A DNA stretch of 60,367 nt from a virus (IMGVR_UViG_3300036770_006786:1-60367); one strand, 5' to 3'. Counted from the first letter of the stretch, positions 9,959 through 21,000 are shown. Numbers and translations are program-made. Notes: a model not told the origin generated them from the letters alone.

Positions 9959-10626
9959 TCAACGCAAGATTTCGCACAGACTACGAAGGTGAATTCGTGG
10001 TGCTGGACACAGTGTTCCGAGGTGGCAAAAAGATACAGCGGCGAGAATACATTGAAAATCCCATCGTCAATCAACATATATCCGGACGTGCTGTGATCAT
10101 TGGTGCCGGGCCCAGTGCCCGTGCAGACGTGATCCGGACATTACCACGGCATCGTGGCGGATTGCTGGGCAAGAAAAAACTACAGACTTATGGTGCTGAT
10201 GGAGTATGGCGTGTGATGCGTCTAGACTTCTGTGTGGAAAATGATGCCAATGAACTCCGCGACATGATCGCAGAGAAATACACAGAAAACTCAGTGGTCT
10301 ATACCAGGGTGAAAAATTGTCTAGCCATGCCTGGAGAATTCTTTATCATACCCTATGGTGTGAGACTAGATCCCATAGCGCAAGCCACATATCTCGCCGC
10401 GTTTGATGGACACAAAGAGATATTCCTAGTTGGTGTGGATGGGTTGAATGCCAATCAAGCGCCCAGTCCGCAACGCATCTCGGATCTCAATCAGGTATTT
10501 GCAGCCTACACCGGAACTCAATTCCGCCTGATCACAGACGGAGCACGGCCACACGACATGTGGCTCCATAATCGCAACGTAGAGACCTGGGATTATCAGA
10601 AGTTTATTTCTTACTGCGACGTTTGA
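9955..10626 (+). CDS. Putative Maf/Cst-II(GT42)/GT29-like glycosyltransferase-fold protein
   Basis: RAVIIGAGPS and ATYLAAFDGHKEIFLVGVDG motifs; ATGA overlap with the upstream fibre gene. Confidence 0.5.
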   Translation: MINARFRTDYEGEFVVLDTVFRGGKKIQRREYIENPIVNQHISGRAVIIGAGPSARADVIRTLPRHRGGLLGKKKLQTYGADGVWRVMRLDFCVENDANELRDMIAEKYTENSVVYTRVKNCLAMPGEFFIIPYGVRLDPIAQATYLAAFDGHKEIFLVGVDGLNANQAPSPQRISDLNQVFAAYTGTQFRLITDGARPHDMWLHNRNVETWDYQKFISYCDV

Positions 10627-11051
10627 TACTGGCGCTGGGCCAGCTCAATTTTCTGTCGTATCTCTTCAAAGTTTACCGTAGACCATAAGCCGGGATGCAA
10701 AGGTCTAGGCAGCGTGTCGGAATCGATCCAGGCATAGCCAAGATGTTCCTCATTTAGATCTGGTCGGAACTCCGTGGCCACCGAACAGAAAAAAGTATGA
10801 TAAGCAAATTTACCGTCGGCACTGGTAAATTTTTCTATGGGTACCAGTTTGATCGTTTCGGGCCAGGTACCTAGCTCTTCTTGGCATTCTCTGCGTATGG
10901 CATCCAGCAAAGTTTCATTGCGGTGGCATTTGCCTCCGGGCAAGCCCCAGGTTCCAGGATTGCGATCGTCATTTCTCAACAAGTAGAGATATCGATCGGT
11001 ACTCACACTGTAGAACCAAACACCTACTGCATTCAAAGTACCAGACTCCAT
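10611..11051 (-). CDS. NUDIX hydrolase
   Basis: Nudix box WGLPGGKCHRNETLLDAIRRECQEELG. Confidence 0.9.
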   Translation of the reverse strand: MESGTLNAVGVWFYSVSTDRYLYLLRNDDRNPGTWGLPGGKCHRNETLLDAIRRECQEELGTWPETIKLVPIEKFTSADGKFAYHTFFCSVATEFRPDLNEEHLGYAWIDSDTLPRPLHPGLWSTVNFEEIRQKIELAQRQYQTSQ

Positions 11052-12421
11052 TCTCCTGAAGGATACAATCCTTCATAGCTCTTGAGCCATTCTCCTGCCG
11101 CCCAACGATACTGTATACCGGTGGTGAGATTGGTGATGTATTGTACATCACTGACATTGGAACTATCAAAACTGATGTTCCATCTCACACCATCGTATTG
11201 CACTATGTCGTTAGCACGTGCTGACAGTATAGATCCATCCGTGCCAGTCCAAGCTTCAGCACCACTGTTGTAGTCTGCGGCACCAGTATCGCCCACGAAT
11301 AGATATCTCTGTCCTGCGGCGGCCGCGGGCAAACCTGCTCCAGGTCCATTGCGTTCTGGATCAACTATGGCATCTACCGGAGGCATGGTATTCTGTGGTA
11401 TGGTATCTTCGTCTACAGTGAACAGCAGGAAACGATCATCCGATGGGTGATAGGCCACAGTGCCCACTATAATGGTACCATCATAAGGATTGTCTAGTCT
11501 GATTTGGCTGATACCATCTCGCAAGGCTCCAAACTCATTGACCACGGCGTGCCACATGAGATTGCTGGGAGGACTTTCTGGTGGCTCTATGCCATAACGT
11601 CCTTCAACCACAGCACTGGGCTGTAGCACTTGTAATTGATTGCCTATCAGCAGGACTTGATAGTTGTAGGGTGTGAATTTCTGTCGTGTGCCCAGCAGGA
11701 GATCATTGTCATAGATCGCATCGTTGTAATCACCTGACGAGTCGTAGAGAGATGCCACGATCTTCTGTACCACGCCCAGTTTCTTGACTTTGACCGGAGG
11801 TGATATCCAGATAGGCAGCACAAATCTCAAGCTAGAGATATCTATGGGATCTTCTGTTCCCATGGGTATGGTACGGCTGGTCCAAGTAGTAGATTCTAGT
11901 TCTACCACGCTGAGGCTGGTCCAGTCCAGATAGTTGTCGGTGCTCTGTATCTCTAGGCTGGGATTGAACAGAGTGAGTATCTGTTCCAGCAGTTGCAGTT
12001 TTTGATTGGTATTTGATGTCCAGATATCCAACTGTATGGTGAGATTGTAAGGCACAGGCATGATACGTTCAATGGTAAACGCATTGCCTTGCGTAGTCTC
12101 ATAGGTTTCGGTCTGCTCGTCATAGTAACGCTGGCGCACTGGTGTCTTGTCCACGAAATAAGGTTCTTGCACACGATCACGTGCGTATTCTAGCGCAGTG
12201 ATGTAAAACGTCATCAGAGGTGTGCTCGGTAGGCTGTTGGCTGAATTGTTCTGCAACACAGTTTGTGCTTGCCGCGTGGCATCTCCATAGCGTATGGGCA
12301 CACGCAACAAGCCTTTGGTACCGGAATCATCACGACCGTATTCTACCTGGAAGTTAGAGAATATCCTAGTGAACTGTAGCAGGAAACGTCTTATTTGTTC
12401 GTCATAAAAATATTGAACCAT
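11033..12421 (-). CDS. gp15: Tail sheath stabilizer/tail completion protein (T4 gp15-like) with C-terminal extension
   Basis: YFYDEQIRRFLLQF..IFS, VPIRYG, MPVPYNLTIQLDIW..N....LQLLEQIL.LFNP. Confidence 0.75.
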   Translation of the reverse strand: MVQYFYDEQIRRFLLQFTRIFSNFQVEYGRDDSGTKGLLRVPIRYGDATRQAQTVLQNNSANSLPSTPLMTFYITALEYARDRVQEPYFVDKTPVRQRYYDEQTETYETTQGNAFTIERIMPVPYNLTIQLDIWTSNTNQKLQLLEQILTLFNPSLEIQSTDNYLDWTSLSVVELESTTWTSRTIPMGTEDPIDISSLRFVLPIWISPPVKVKKLGVVQKIVASLYDSSGDYNDAIYDNDLLLGTRQKFTPYNYQVLLIGNQLQVLQPSAVVEGRYGIEPPESPPSNLMWHAVVNEFGALRDGISQIRLDNPYDGTIIVGTVAYHPSDDRFLLFTVDEDTIPQNTMPPVDAIVDPERNGPGAGLPAAAAGQRYLFVGDTGAADYNSGAEAWTGTDGSILSARANDIVQYDGVRWNISFDSSNVSDVQYITNLTTGIQYRWAAGEWLKSYEGLYPSGEWSLVL

Positions 12422-12978
12422 TATGTTTTCTCCGAATAGACTCGTTTGCCATTTATTTTTTTCCAGGTCTTTCCGCGAGTTCCACTACACTCTAACTGTA
12501 TTTTTCTAAGTTTTTCTTTTCCAGAGTCTGGCATGCTCCAAAGACCGCTCGTTCCTTTTCTAGGATGCGATTTGCCTTTCATAGCACCTCCATCTCTACG
12601 TATCCAGGTATCGATACCCAGTTCGCGTCGTCGGGCATGTGCTTGTCTTTGACTCTCTCGCATTTTTTCAATACTGTCTTGAGAATGTGTCTTGTTGTTA
12701 CCTGCTTCACGAGCATTGTATACGTCCGATTCTGCTCGATGAAAGTCTAACCAATACTTTTCTTTAGCATTGAGCTCATCTAAACAGTTTGCTGTATCGA
12801 TAACTTGCCAAACAAAGTTCTCTATGCCGTATTTCCGCATGCTATTGTAGAGGTGGCTGTGCTTACCTTTACGAGCACAAGCGGTGTGCCCATACCATCT
12901 CATCATAGGATTCTTTTGTACGGTCTGTCCAATGTAAATTTTACCATTGACTGAATTAGTGATTTTATAAATGTGCAT
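12421..12978 (-). mobile_element. Free-standing GIY-YIG homing endonuclease (Seg-like)
   Basis: HIYKITNSVNGKIYIGQT, LYNSMRKYGIENF, ELNAKEKYW, NUMOD-like HSQDSIEKMRES; AT-richer than its flanks. Confidence 0.85.
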
Positions 12979-14372
12979 CAGCTAGACCTTTGTCCTGGTT
13001 GTGTGTTGGGATAAGGATTGGCAGTTTTGTTTCCGCCATCGTTGCCATTGTCAGCCTTGGGTTTGAGCATTTCGCTGAGACTCTGGCGGCTGGGTATGTT
13101 GCCTTGATCCGGTGTGTTCACAGTGTATGTATTGTTGACAAATGTGCTACGCAAGGTATTGTTATTGGGCCCTGGTGTGAGATTGGTTCTCACGGCATCT
13201 TCAATCTTGACCCAGCGTGCACCGTTGAAACGGAACAAGCGGTTAGGGAAATAATCCAGTCGCAGAGCATAATCTCCTTCTGCAGGGTTCACTGGGAAGG
13301 AGATGCCAGGAGTGACCGGCAGTCCATTGGGTGCTATGCCATCGCCTGTGAGGTATCCGTTGGTATAACCATCTGCGGTAGGGGTAGCCGATTGTCCATC
13401 TGATACGTTGGGATTGGTGCTACTGACCAACACAAACGTAGTATCGGCGGTAGTGGTAGCCGGATCTGCTGGTTGACCATCTGGCGTGGTAGGTACGATA
13501 TAGAAGCGTACCGTGTCGTAGCCCGACAGGGGAACTTCGGCTTCGGCCTGCGTGAGTATGGCATCGTTGAGTTCGTAGTCTTTGGTACGAGTGCCAATCG
13601 ATTCCTGTATGGTTTCTGGAGTGTACACGGACCAATATGTGGTATTAGTGATCTCGGTACCAACCGGAGTATCTTGTATAGCACGATAATAAGTGTCACC
13701 AGACAGCACGATAGATCCAGATGGGTAGTAGTTGCCTGGATCCCAGATATTGTCTGTGGCAAATGGCTTCTTGAGTATGTCGTTGTATTCCTGCGCACCG
13801 ACCAAAGGCGTGGCTTTCACACGCCATAGGTGCGGCAACCAAGTCTGGCTGAATCCTTCGGATGCGAAGGCAGCGTCTTGTATCACATAGTATTTTGGCA
13901 GGGCCTTGGGCAGGGTGGTATCCAAGGGATTGTAATCTTTGAGATTGGGAAACTCTAGCACATCTCCTGACATCAGTTTACGACCGATGGTGTCGATCAT
14001 GTCGTTGTAGTGGAACGTGATGAACAAGGTGTCGGCATTCAGGAACAGGCCAAACTGCGTGAGATCAAAGTCTAGATCTTGCTGATTGTACACGCCACGC
14101 ATGCGATATATGTCGTCATCATACACACGATCGCGGTTTTCCAGCAACAAGAGATCTTCGATAAACAGCGGATTGGTCGTGGAATAATTGGGTTGTGTGG
14201 CATCACCGTTGCCCGACTCAAGCGAGCTAGACTCATCGTTGCTGGGCTGAGGCCCTAGGTACTTGTGGACGTAGATATCCAATCCGCCCACTTGGTACAT
14301 CTCTGCTATGGTACGGTCCAGGAATTTATAGTCATTTTGCCGATTTGGGCGATAAAGGCTGAGTCTGGGCAT
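12978..14372 (-). CDS. gp14: Neck/head-closure protein (T4 gp14-like), extended
   Basis: DLTQFGLFL..DTLFITF...GRKLMSGDVLEFP; upstream of gp15; late promoter ATAAATA (minus) at 14391-14397. Confidence 0.6.
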   Translation of the reverse strand: MPRLSLYRPNRQNDYKFLDRTIAEMYQVGGLDIYVHKYLGPQPSNDESSSLESGNGDATQPNYSTTNPLFIEDLLLLENRDRVYDDDIYRMRGVYNQQDLDFDLTQFGLFLNADTLFITFHYNDMIDTIGRKLMSGDVLEFPNLKDYNPLDTTLPKALPKYYVIQDAAFASEGFSQTWLPHLWRVKATPLVGAQEYNDILKKPFATDNIWDPGNYYPSGSIVLSGDTYYRAIQDTPVGTEITNTTYWSVYTPETIQESIGTRTKDYELNDAILTQAEAEVPLSGYDTVRFYIVPTTPDGQPADPATTTADTTFVLVSSTNPNVSDGQSATPTADGYTNGYLTGDGIAPNGLPVTPGISFPVNPAEGDYALRLDYFPNRLFRFNGARWVKIEDAVRTNLTPGPNNNTLRSTFVNNTYTVNTPDQGNIPSRQSLSEMLKPKADNGNDGGNKTANPYPNTQPGQRSS

Positions 14373-14414
14373 GATTTTGGTTTCTCCCTTTATTTATCGC
14401 GGGGTTTTAGGCAA

Positions 14415-14446
14415 GGTTGACCAGAAAACCCGGGACAGCGTATAAT
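14415..14446 (+). promoter_or_regulatory. sigma70-like early promoter
   Basis: GGTTGACCA: TTGACC 14417-14422, 18 bp, TATAAT 14441-14446. Confidence 0.75.
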
Positions 14447-14475
14447 TACACATTGGACCATACCCAGGAGCCACT

Positions 14476-15624
14476 ATGAAAACAGCCGCACTCAAACCGA
14501 TAAAAGCACTGAACCCACGCACACCAGACACCAAATACACTGGCAGTGAACCAGAATGGCGTACCCAACCCGAAAGCGAAAATCGCAATAGCCGACTAGG
14601 CGCGGCGTTCCATTGGTACGGATATCATTACGGCAAGAAAGAAGTGAAAGAATTCATCATCGATTGGCTGACCCGTAATGATCGTATCAAAGAAGCCAAG
14701 GAGTTTGCTCGTGTGCCAGAAAGCACTATCACCAATGTGTACGGCTGGCTGGCCCGCATGAGCCTCATGGGGCTAGAGCTCAACGAGCACGAAGAACTCA
14801 AACTGAACGATCAGATCAAACTGCATATCGGGTCCGTGAAAGCCGTGAAAGAAGTGGTTGAAAAAACAGACGAGCCGGCAGCAGTCAAACCCAACATCCA
14901 GGATCGACTCCGCGAAAAGATGACCGAAGCTGCCGGCGAGATCGAAGGCATGTTTGATGAAATGATCGCGGCCGGAGCCAAGATGAGTGCGGACTACAAA
15001 CCCATGGTTCTGTTGCGTGGTATGAATATAGCACCGCAGATGGTTGGAGTGATCGCCGATGATTGGAAACGGCGCATGGACGAACTGCAAGAGGCTACTG
15101 CTGGCAAAGATGCACAACTGGTCGAAGGATACAGCAACTTCTCTAAGATCCAACTGCGTAATCTCATCAAGTTCTGCGAACAAGTGATCGCGGACTGCGG
15201 CAACTATGTGCAGATCAAAAAAGTGGAACGCAAACCCAGGGCTAAAAAAGCAGTGAGTCCCGAAAAACTGGCCAGCAAGTTCAAGTTCTTGAAAGACTTT
15301 GCTGAACTAAAACTCACGTCAGAATCTCCGGCCAAGCTAGTGGGTGCGTCTGAAGCCTACTTGTATGATACCAAAAAGCGCAAACTGATACACGTGGTAG
15401 CAGACCAGCACATCGGAACGTTTTCCGTGAAAGGTTCCAGCATCGTGGGTTTTGATACTGCTAATAGCCAACAGAAGACCCTGCGCAAACCAGCTGAACA
15501 ACTCAAGGCCTTGTTAGGCAGTGGAAAGCCAGCGGCCCGTAAGTTCTTCAAAGATATCAAAGCCACGGAGATCCGGTTCAATGGACGTGGCAATGAGAAC
15601 TTGATCATACTGAAAACTTGGTAA
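14476..15624 (+). CDS. Hypothetical phage protein (early-promoter driven)
   Basis: 382-aa ORF, SD AGGAG at 14466; no catalytic motif recognised. Confidence 0.75.
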   Translation: MKTAALKPIKALNPRTPDTKYTGSEPEWRTQPESENRNSRLGAAFHWYGYHYGKKEVKEFIIDWLTRNDRIKEAKEFARVPESTITNVYGWLARMSLMGLELNEHEELKLNDQIKLHIGSVKAVKEVVEKTDEPAAVKPNIQDRLREKMTEAAGEIEGMFDEMIAAGAKMSADYKPMVLLRGMNIAPQMVGVIADDWKRRMDELQEATAGKDAQLVEGYSNFSKIQLRNLIKFCEQVIADCGNYVQIKKVERKPRAKKAVSPEKLASKFKFLKDFAELKLTSESPAKLVGASEAYLYDTKKRKLIHVVADQHIGTFSVKGSSIVGFDTANSQQKTLRKPAEQLKALLGSGKPAARKFFKDIKATEIRFNGRGNENLIILKTW

Positions 15625-15647
15625 ATACTGGGGCAAGGAGTGCCCCA
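15622..15647 (+). promoter_or_regulatory. Late promoter TAAATA followed by an SD-sequestering hairpin
   Basis: TAAATA 15622-15627; TGGGGCA-AGGAG-TGCCCCA 15629-15647 directly before ATG 15648. Confidence 0.7.
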
Positions 15648-16418
15648 ATGGCTGATCAAAATCCATCAACACTAGCGATAGCGAAACAAAACCTAATAGA
15701 ATATGTACGGCTCATGCTGGGTGATCAGATCATTGATATCGAGCCAGATCCTGCGCATTTTGAAGCCGCTTATCAGCGCACCATAGGTATCTATCGCCAG
15801 CGGGCCCAGGCCGCCTTTGAAGAAAGTTATGTGTTCCTGGAACTACAAGAAGATGTCAATGTCTATACCTTGCCACAAGAAGTGCAGAGTGTGCGCCAAG
15901 TATTCCGTCGTACCATTGGCAACTCTACAGGCCCTTACAGCTCTAGCTTTGATCCGTTCTCATCAGCTACACTGAATACCTATCTGTTGAACTATAGTTC
16001 AGCAGGTGGTCTGGCCACGTATGATTTTTATACCCAATACGTGGAACTAGCCGCTCGTATGTTTGGCGGATACATGAATTATACATACAATCCTGTGACC
16101 AAACAGATACAGTTCGTCCGAGATCCCAAAGGATCTGGGGAAACCGTGTTGCTTTGGGTATATCAGACCAAGCCCGAAATTACGTTGCTGAGCGATTTCC
16201 AAATCCAACAATGGATCAGAGACTGTATGGTTGCAGTGGTCAAGATGATTATCGGCGAAGCACGTGAAAAGTTTGCTAGTATCGCTGGCCCGCAAGGCGG
16301 CACCAGCCTAAATGGTGCGGCTATGAAAGCCGAAGGCCAGGCTGCTTTGGATCGTTGTTTAGAAGATCTCAAGCTCTATGTGGACGCCAGCCAGCCATTG
16401 ACATTTGTAATCGGCTAA
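15648..16418 (+). CDS. gp13: Neck protein (T4 gp13-like)
   Basis: LIEYVRLMLG..IIDIE, WIRD...A..K..IGEAREKF..IAGPQGGTSLNG; start moved to ATG 15648 behind SD AGGAG. Confidence 0.75.
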   Translation: MADQNPSTLAIAKQNLIEYVRLMLGDQIIDIEPDPAHFEAAYQRTIGIYRQRAQAAFEESYVFLELQEDVNVYTLPQEVQSVRQVFRRTIGNSTGPYSSSFDPFSSATLNTYLLNYSSAGGLATYDFYTQYVELAARMFGGYMNYTYNPVTKQIQFVRDPKGSGETVLLWVYQTKPEITLLSDFQIQQWIRDCMVAVVKMIIGEAREKFASIAGPQGGTSLNGAAMKAEGQAALDRCLEDLKLYVDASQPLTFVIG

Positions 16419-16463
16419 CCAAAAGCTCTTTGAAGTTTTCAAAATCTGTGCTACAATAGTCGC

Positions 16464-16991
16464 ATGGACATCATGATCGACATCGAAACTTGTGGCACAG
16501 GACCCGAAGCCTGTATCCTGACCATAGCCGCACAATGTTTCAATCCCTTAGAGCGGCATGAGTTTGATGACTATAGAAGTTATTATGCCCGCGTCGATCC
16601 TGGTAGCCAACCTAACCGTCGAGTAGAAGATGGCACCATCGCCTGGTGGGCCACACAGCCAAAGGAAGCACAAGAAGAAGCGTTTGGAGTCGACAATCGC
16701 ATACCCTTGCAACAGGCACTGGAAGAACTAGGCAAGCTGATCTGGCAGAGCAAACGATTCTGGGCCAACGGTCCCACGTTTGATGCCAACATCCTAGAAC
16801 ATGCCTACAAAGAAGCCAGCATGCCATTGCCCTGGAAATTCTTCGTGGTACGTGATGCCCGCACGGTATATAGTCTGTGTCCTAACCTCAACAAGTATCC
16901 AGCCAGCCATCATGCGTTGGAAGACTGCCGCAGGCAGATCTATCTACTTTGGGACAGCCTCGAAAGCCTAAAAGTCAAGGAGTTAGTATGA
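16464..16991 (+). CDS. DEDDh 3'-5' exonuclease (DexA/RNase AS-like)
   Basis: DIMIDIET, WANGPTFD, RDART, HHALEDC; TGCTACAAT -10 box 6 nt before ATG. Confidence 0.85.
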   Translation: MDIMIDIETCGTGPEACILTIAAQCFNPLERHEFDDYRSYYARVDPGSQPNRRVEDGTIAWWATQPKEAQEEAFGVDNRIPLQQALEELGKLIWQSKRFWANGPTFDANILEHAYKEASMPLPWKFFVVRDARTVYSLCPNLNKYPASHHALEDCRRQIYLLWDSLESLKVKELV

Positions 16992-17650
16992 TCATCGGAG
17001 TATGCGGTTTCATCGGCAGCGGCAAAGACACTATCGCTGACTATCTAGTAAACATCCACGAGTTCCGTAGAGAGAGCTTTGCTAACACCTTGAAAGATGC
17101 CTGCGCCGCTGTGTTTGGATGGGATCGTACGATGCTGGAAGGCCGTACCAAGCAAAGCCGTGAATGGCGAGATCAGGTAGACGAATGGTGGAGCAAACGG
17201 CTAAACATGGCAATCACTCCGCGATGGATCCTGCAACAATGGGGCACAGAAGTATGCCGTAGAGGATTCCACGATGATATCTGGATCGCCAGCTTGGAAA
17301 ACAAATTGCGGCACTCCAAGGACGATATCGTGATCTCCGATTGCCGTTTCCCCAACGAGATCAAGGCTATCCGCAACCAAGGTGGCATAGTGATCCGTGT
17401 AGTACGTGGCCCAGAACCCGATTGGTATGATGATGCAGTGTGCATGAACCGCGGTCCAGAGCGCAATATGAAATGGGCGCTGGCCAAGGACAAGGTAGAA
17501 AAGCTAGGTATACATGCCAGTGAAACTGCCTGGGTAGGTACCCAGTTTGACTTAGTGCTGGACAACAACGGAACTCTGGATCAGTTATACAAACAGATCA
17601 ACGATCTTCTTCAAGATCTCCGCGCCGCCAAGGCAAGTCCTCTCGAATAA
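16988..17650 (+). CDS. gp1: Deoxynucleoside monophosphate kinase (T4 gp1-like)
   Basis: IIGVCGFIGSGKDT, SFANTLKD, TPRWILQQWGTE, ISDCRFPNE, HASE; ATGA overlap start. Confidence 0.9.
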   Translation: MIIGVCGFIGSGKDTIADYLVNIHEFRRESFANTLKDACAAVFGWDRTMLEGRTKQSREWRDQVDEWWSKRLNMAITPRWILQQWGTEVCRRGFHDDIWIASLENKLRHSKDDIVISDCRFPNEIKAIRNQGGIVIRVVRGPEPDWYDDAVCMNRGPERNMKWALAKDKVEKLGIHASETAWVGTQFDLVLDNNGTLDQLYKQINDLLQDLRAAKASPLE

Positions 17651-17945
17651 CTTCCACTGAACAGTTCAAGCAGATAGTCTTGAGGTTGCGCAATTCAGAA
17701 TCATTGAGATCACCGTTGATGTGATAGATCAGCATCTGCGCTGAACTACGGGCCCGGAACCCACAACGGTCGCACACCATCTTTTTTTTATAGCCACTGG
17801 CTTGCCACCTGGGCACAGCGGCTTTTTGTTTGCGACCTTTCCTGATACAAGCGTCGCATCGAGATCTATAGTAAACACGCTCGCCTCTATGGCAATTTAT
17901 GGCCGCAGGATTGCGATTACAGGCTCGGCACAAAGGTCTTTTCAT
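17598..17945 (-). CDS. Zn-binding HNH-like protein
   Basis: Several CxxC pairs; CDRCGF..YHINGDLND...NLKTICLNC degenerate HNH; TAAGTA 5 nt before ATG 17945. Confidence 0.6.
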   Translation of the reverse strand: MKRPLCRACNRNPAAINCHRGERVYYRSRCDACIRKGRKQKAAVPRWQASGYKKKMVCDRCGFRARSSAQMLIYHINGDLNDSELRNLKTICLNCSVEVIREDLPWRRGDLEEDR

Positions 17946-18044
17946 GCAGATACTTAGCAAAAACCTTACCTAAGGGCAAGGTCTTGGGCTGGTTTTAGCA
18001 CCGATCGCTAAATATGAATAGCACTTTTTTAAAGGAACAAGCAC

Positions 18045-21000
18045 ATGGCACTAGTTTCCCCAGGCGTAGAAGTTACCATCATCGATGAAAGTAATTATCT
18101 ACCAGCCCCAACAAATTCGGTTCCGTATATCCTGATCGCCACAGCGCAAAACAAGATCTCGGGTAGCGGAGTAGGCGTCGCTGCAGGTACAACCGCAGCC
18201 AATGCCGGCAAAGTCTATTTAATATCCAGCCAGCGAGATCTGGTCAACACTTTTGGAAATCCGTTCTTCTACAGTACCACTGCTGGTGCTCCTATCAACG
18301 GATACGAGCTCAACGAATATGGCCTGCTTGCAGCCTACTCTGTGATGGGTATCTCTAATCGCGCCTATATCCAGCGTGCCGATATCGATCTCAGCGAACT
18401 CACAGCCAGCCTCACACGTCCCACTGGCGATCCTGCCAACGGTACTTTCTGGCTAGATACCACAGAAACAGTATGGGGTATCTTTGAGTGGAGCTTTACT
18501 ACCAATGCTTTCACTGCCAAGACTCCTATCGTGATCACTGACACAGATGATCTTGATGGTGGCGTGCCTAAAGATTCTATTGGCAATATCGGAGACTACT
18601 GCGTAGTGGCTACCAATGCCAGCAATCCTGTATACTTCAAGAGCCCTGGTAATACAGTGAGCGATCCCGCAGTGGATGCTAACACCTGGGTGCTGATTGG
18701 TAGCGATGCATGGAAAAATTCATGGCCCACAGTAATTGGTACAGAAACCAATCCTACACTGACCACCGGCCAGAGTATCTACCTGAACGATGTATTAGTT
18801 ACTCTCAGCGGTACTACAGTTTCAGCTATGGCCACAGCTATCAATACAGCAAACGGCGGTGCAGGTATCGCAGGTGTCACTGCCAAAGCCGTAGATGGCA
18901 AACTTGAGATTTATGTGGATTCTGCCGGTACCAATGATGGATCAACAGATAGCGGCAACGGTATCCTTGATATCACAAACGGTACAGGCACACTGCTGAC
19001 AGATATTGGCATCACAGCCCGTCTGTACTATGCACCTGTGCTCCAGCAGAGTCCTAACTACACAGTACCTCAATGGCGTTCTACCAGCTCAGAACCACAT
19101 CCAACTGGTTCAGTCTGGAACAAGACCAACATCGTCAATCAAGGTACCAATCTCGTAGTGAAAAAGTTTGATTCTGCCCTGGCATTGTTTGTCCAGCAGA
19201 ACTGCCCTGTTTATGAGAATGATCAGAGCGCAAACTACACACTAGATCCAGCAGGCGGCGGTCGTAACATCACAGCTGGTACCACCTATGCTCAATACGA
19301 TGTAAATGAAAATGACACATTCACTCTCAAGATATTTGAGCGCCAGGCCACTGGTCCTACCATTATCTTGGGTGATGATACCGCTCCGGTATTTACAAAC
19401 AGCGAAGCATTTACCATCCAGTGGAGTGTGCGCAACTCAGCATCGTTGAGTTCCGCTGTCACTGCTACATTGCCCGGTGCTGGAACATTGGGAGCCGCTG
19501 ATTTTGTCACAGCTTTCTTGGCTGCGATCCCTAGCGGTGCTCCTGTTACGGCCACAGTCACAGCAGACGGTGCTATACAGATCCAGCATACCCAGGGTGG
19601 TGTGATCATCCTTACTGATACAGTGGGTACTCCTGTATCTGATGCCGGTATCAATACAGATGTCGATGGTGTTCGTAATGGCTATACCAACGGTTCAGTT
19701 GACACAGATATCTACATCCTGTCAAACTGGGTCGCTTTGACTTATACAGCCAGCGATACAGCACCTGACCAAGATCCTGCTGAAGGTCGTCTATGGTACT
19801 ACAGTGCCATCGATCAAGTAGATATCATGATCAACGACGGTACTGCCTGGAAAGGTTATAAAACAGTGACCAGCGATGTGCGTGGTTTCAACCTTGCCAA
19901 CACAGATCCAGCAGGTCCAATTATCTCTGCTACTGCTCCTACACTCCAGAGTGATGATACAGCTCTAGTTTATGGCGATCTTTGGATTGACAGTTCCGAT
20001 CTTGAAAACTATCCTGTGATACGTCGTTGGGAATCAGTGGACGGTCAAGATCAATGGGTACTGATTGATAACACAGATCAGACCACAGAGAATGGTGTTC
20101 TGTTTGCAGACTTCCGCTGGGCTACCAATGGAACTACAGACCCAATCACCGATCCAATTCCTACGATTACCAGCTTGCTGACCAGCAATTACTTGGACCT
20201 AGATGCTCCTAACTATGCCCTGTATCCTGCAGGTATGTTGGGATTCAACCTACGTCGCTCAGGATTCAACGTCAAGAGCTTCCAGGTCGACTACTTCAAT
20301 GCCACTGACTTCCCAGATGAGACTCTGCCCACAGAGAAAAATGCTTGGGTCTCAGCATCGGGTCTCAAGAGCGATGGCGCACCTTACATGGGTCGCAAAG
20401 CCGTGCGCAACATGGTAGTGGCCGCGATGAAGAGTGCAATCGACACACAGCAAGATCTGCGTGAAGAACAGCGCCAGTTCAATCTGATCGCTACACCTAA
20501 CTACCCTGAGCTGATACCTAATATGGTAGCACTCAACAACGAGCGCAGCCAGACAGCTTTTGTCATAGGTGATACACCAATGCGTCTGCCAGACACACCC
20601 GATGCTATCATCGATTGGGCTACAGATGCGTTTGGTACCGGAGTTGACAGCGAAGATGGATTGACCACGGCAGACGCATATATGGGCACATTCTATCCTT
20701 CGTGCCAGACCACAGATCTTTCAGGTCAGACAGTGGTGCAACCTCCCAGCCACATGATGCTCCGCACCATCCTGCGTAGCGACGAAGTATCATTCCCATG
20801 GTTGGCACCAGCTGGTACACGCCGCGGTGTGGTTGACAACGCTTTCGCACTGGGTTATGTTGATGCACAGACCGGACAGTTCATCCAGACTGCTATCCGC
20901 CAGAGCATCCGCGACACCCTGTATGAAAACAAGATCAATCCGATCACGTTCATACCTGGCACAGGTATCACCAACTACGGTAATAAGACTGAAGCCGCGA

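Noticed and set aside
12421-12978. Group I intron around the GIY-YIG gene
   Set aside because: No non-coding flanks for intron core elements; both neighbours are complete separate ORFs
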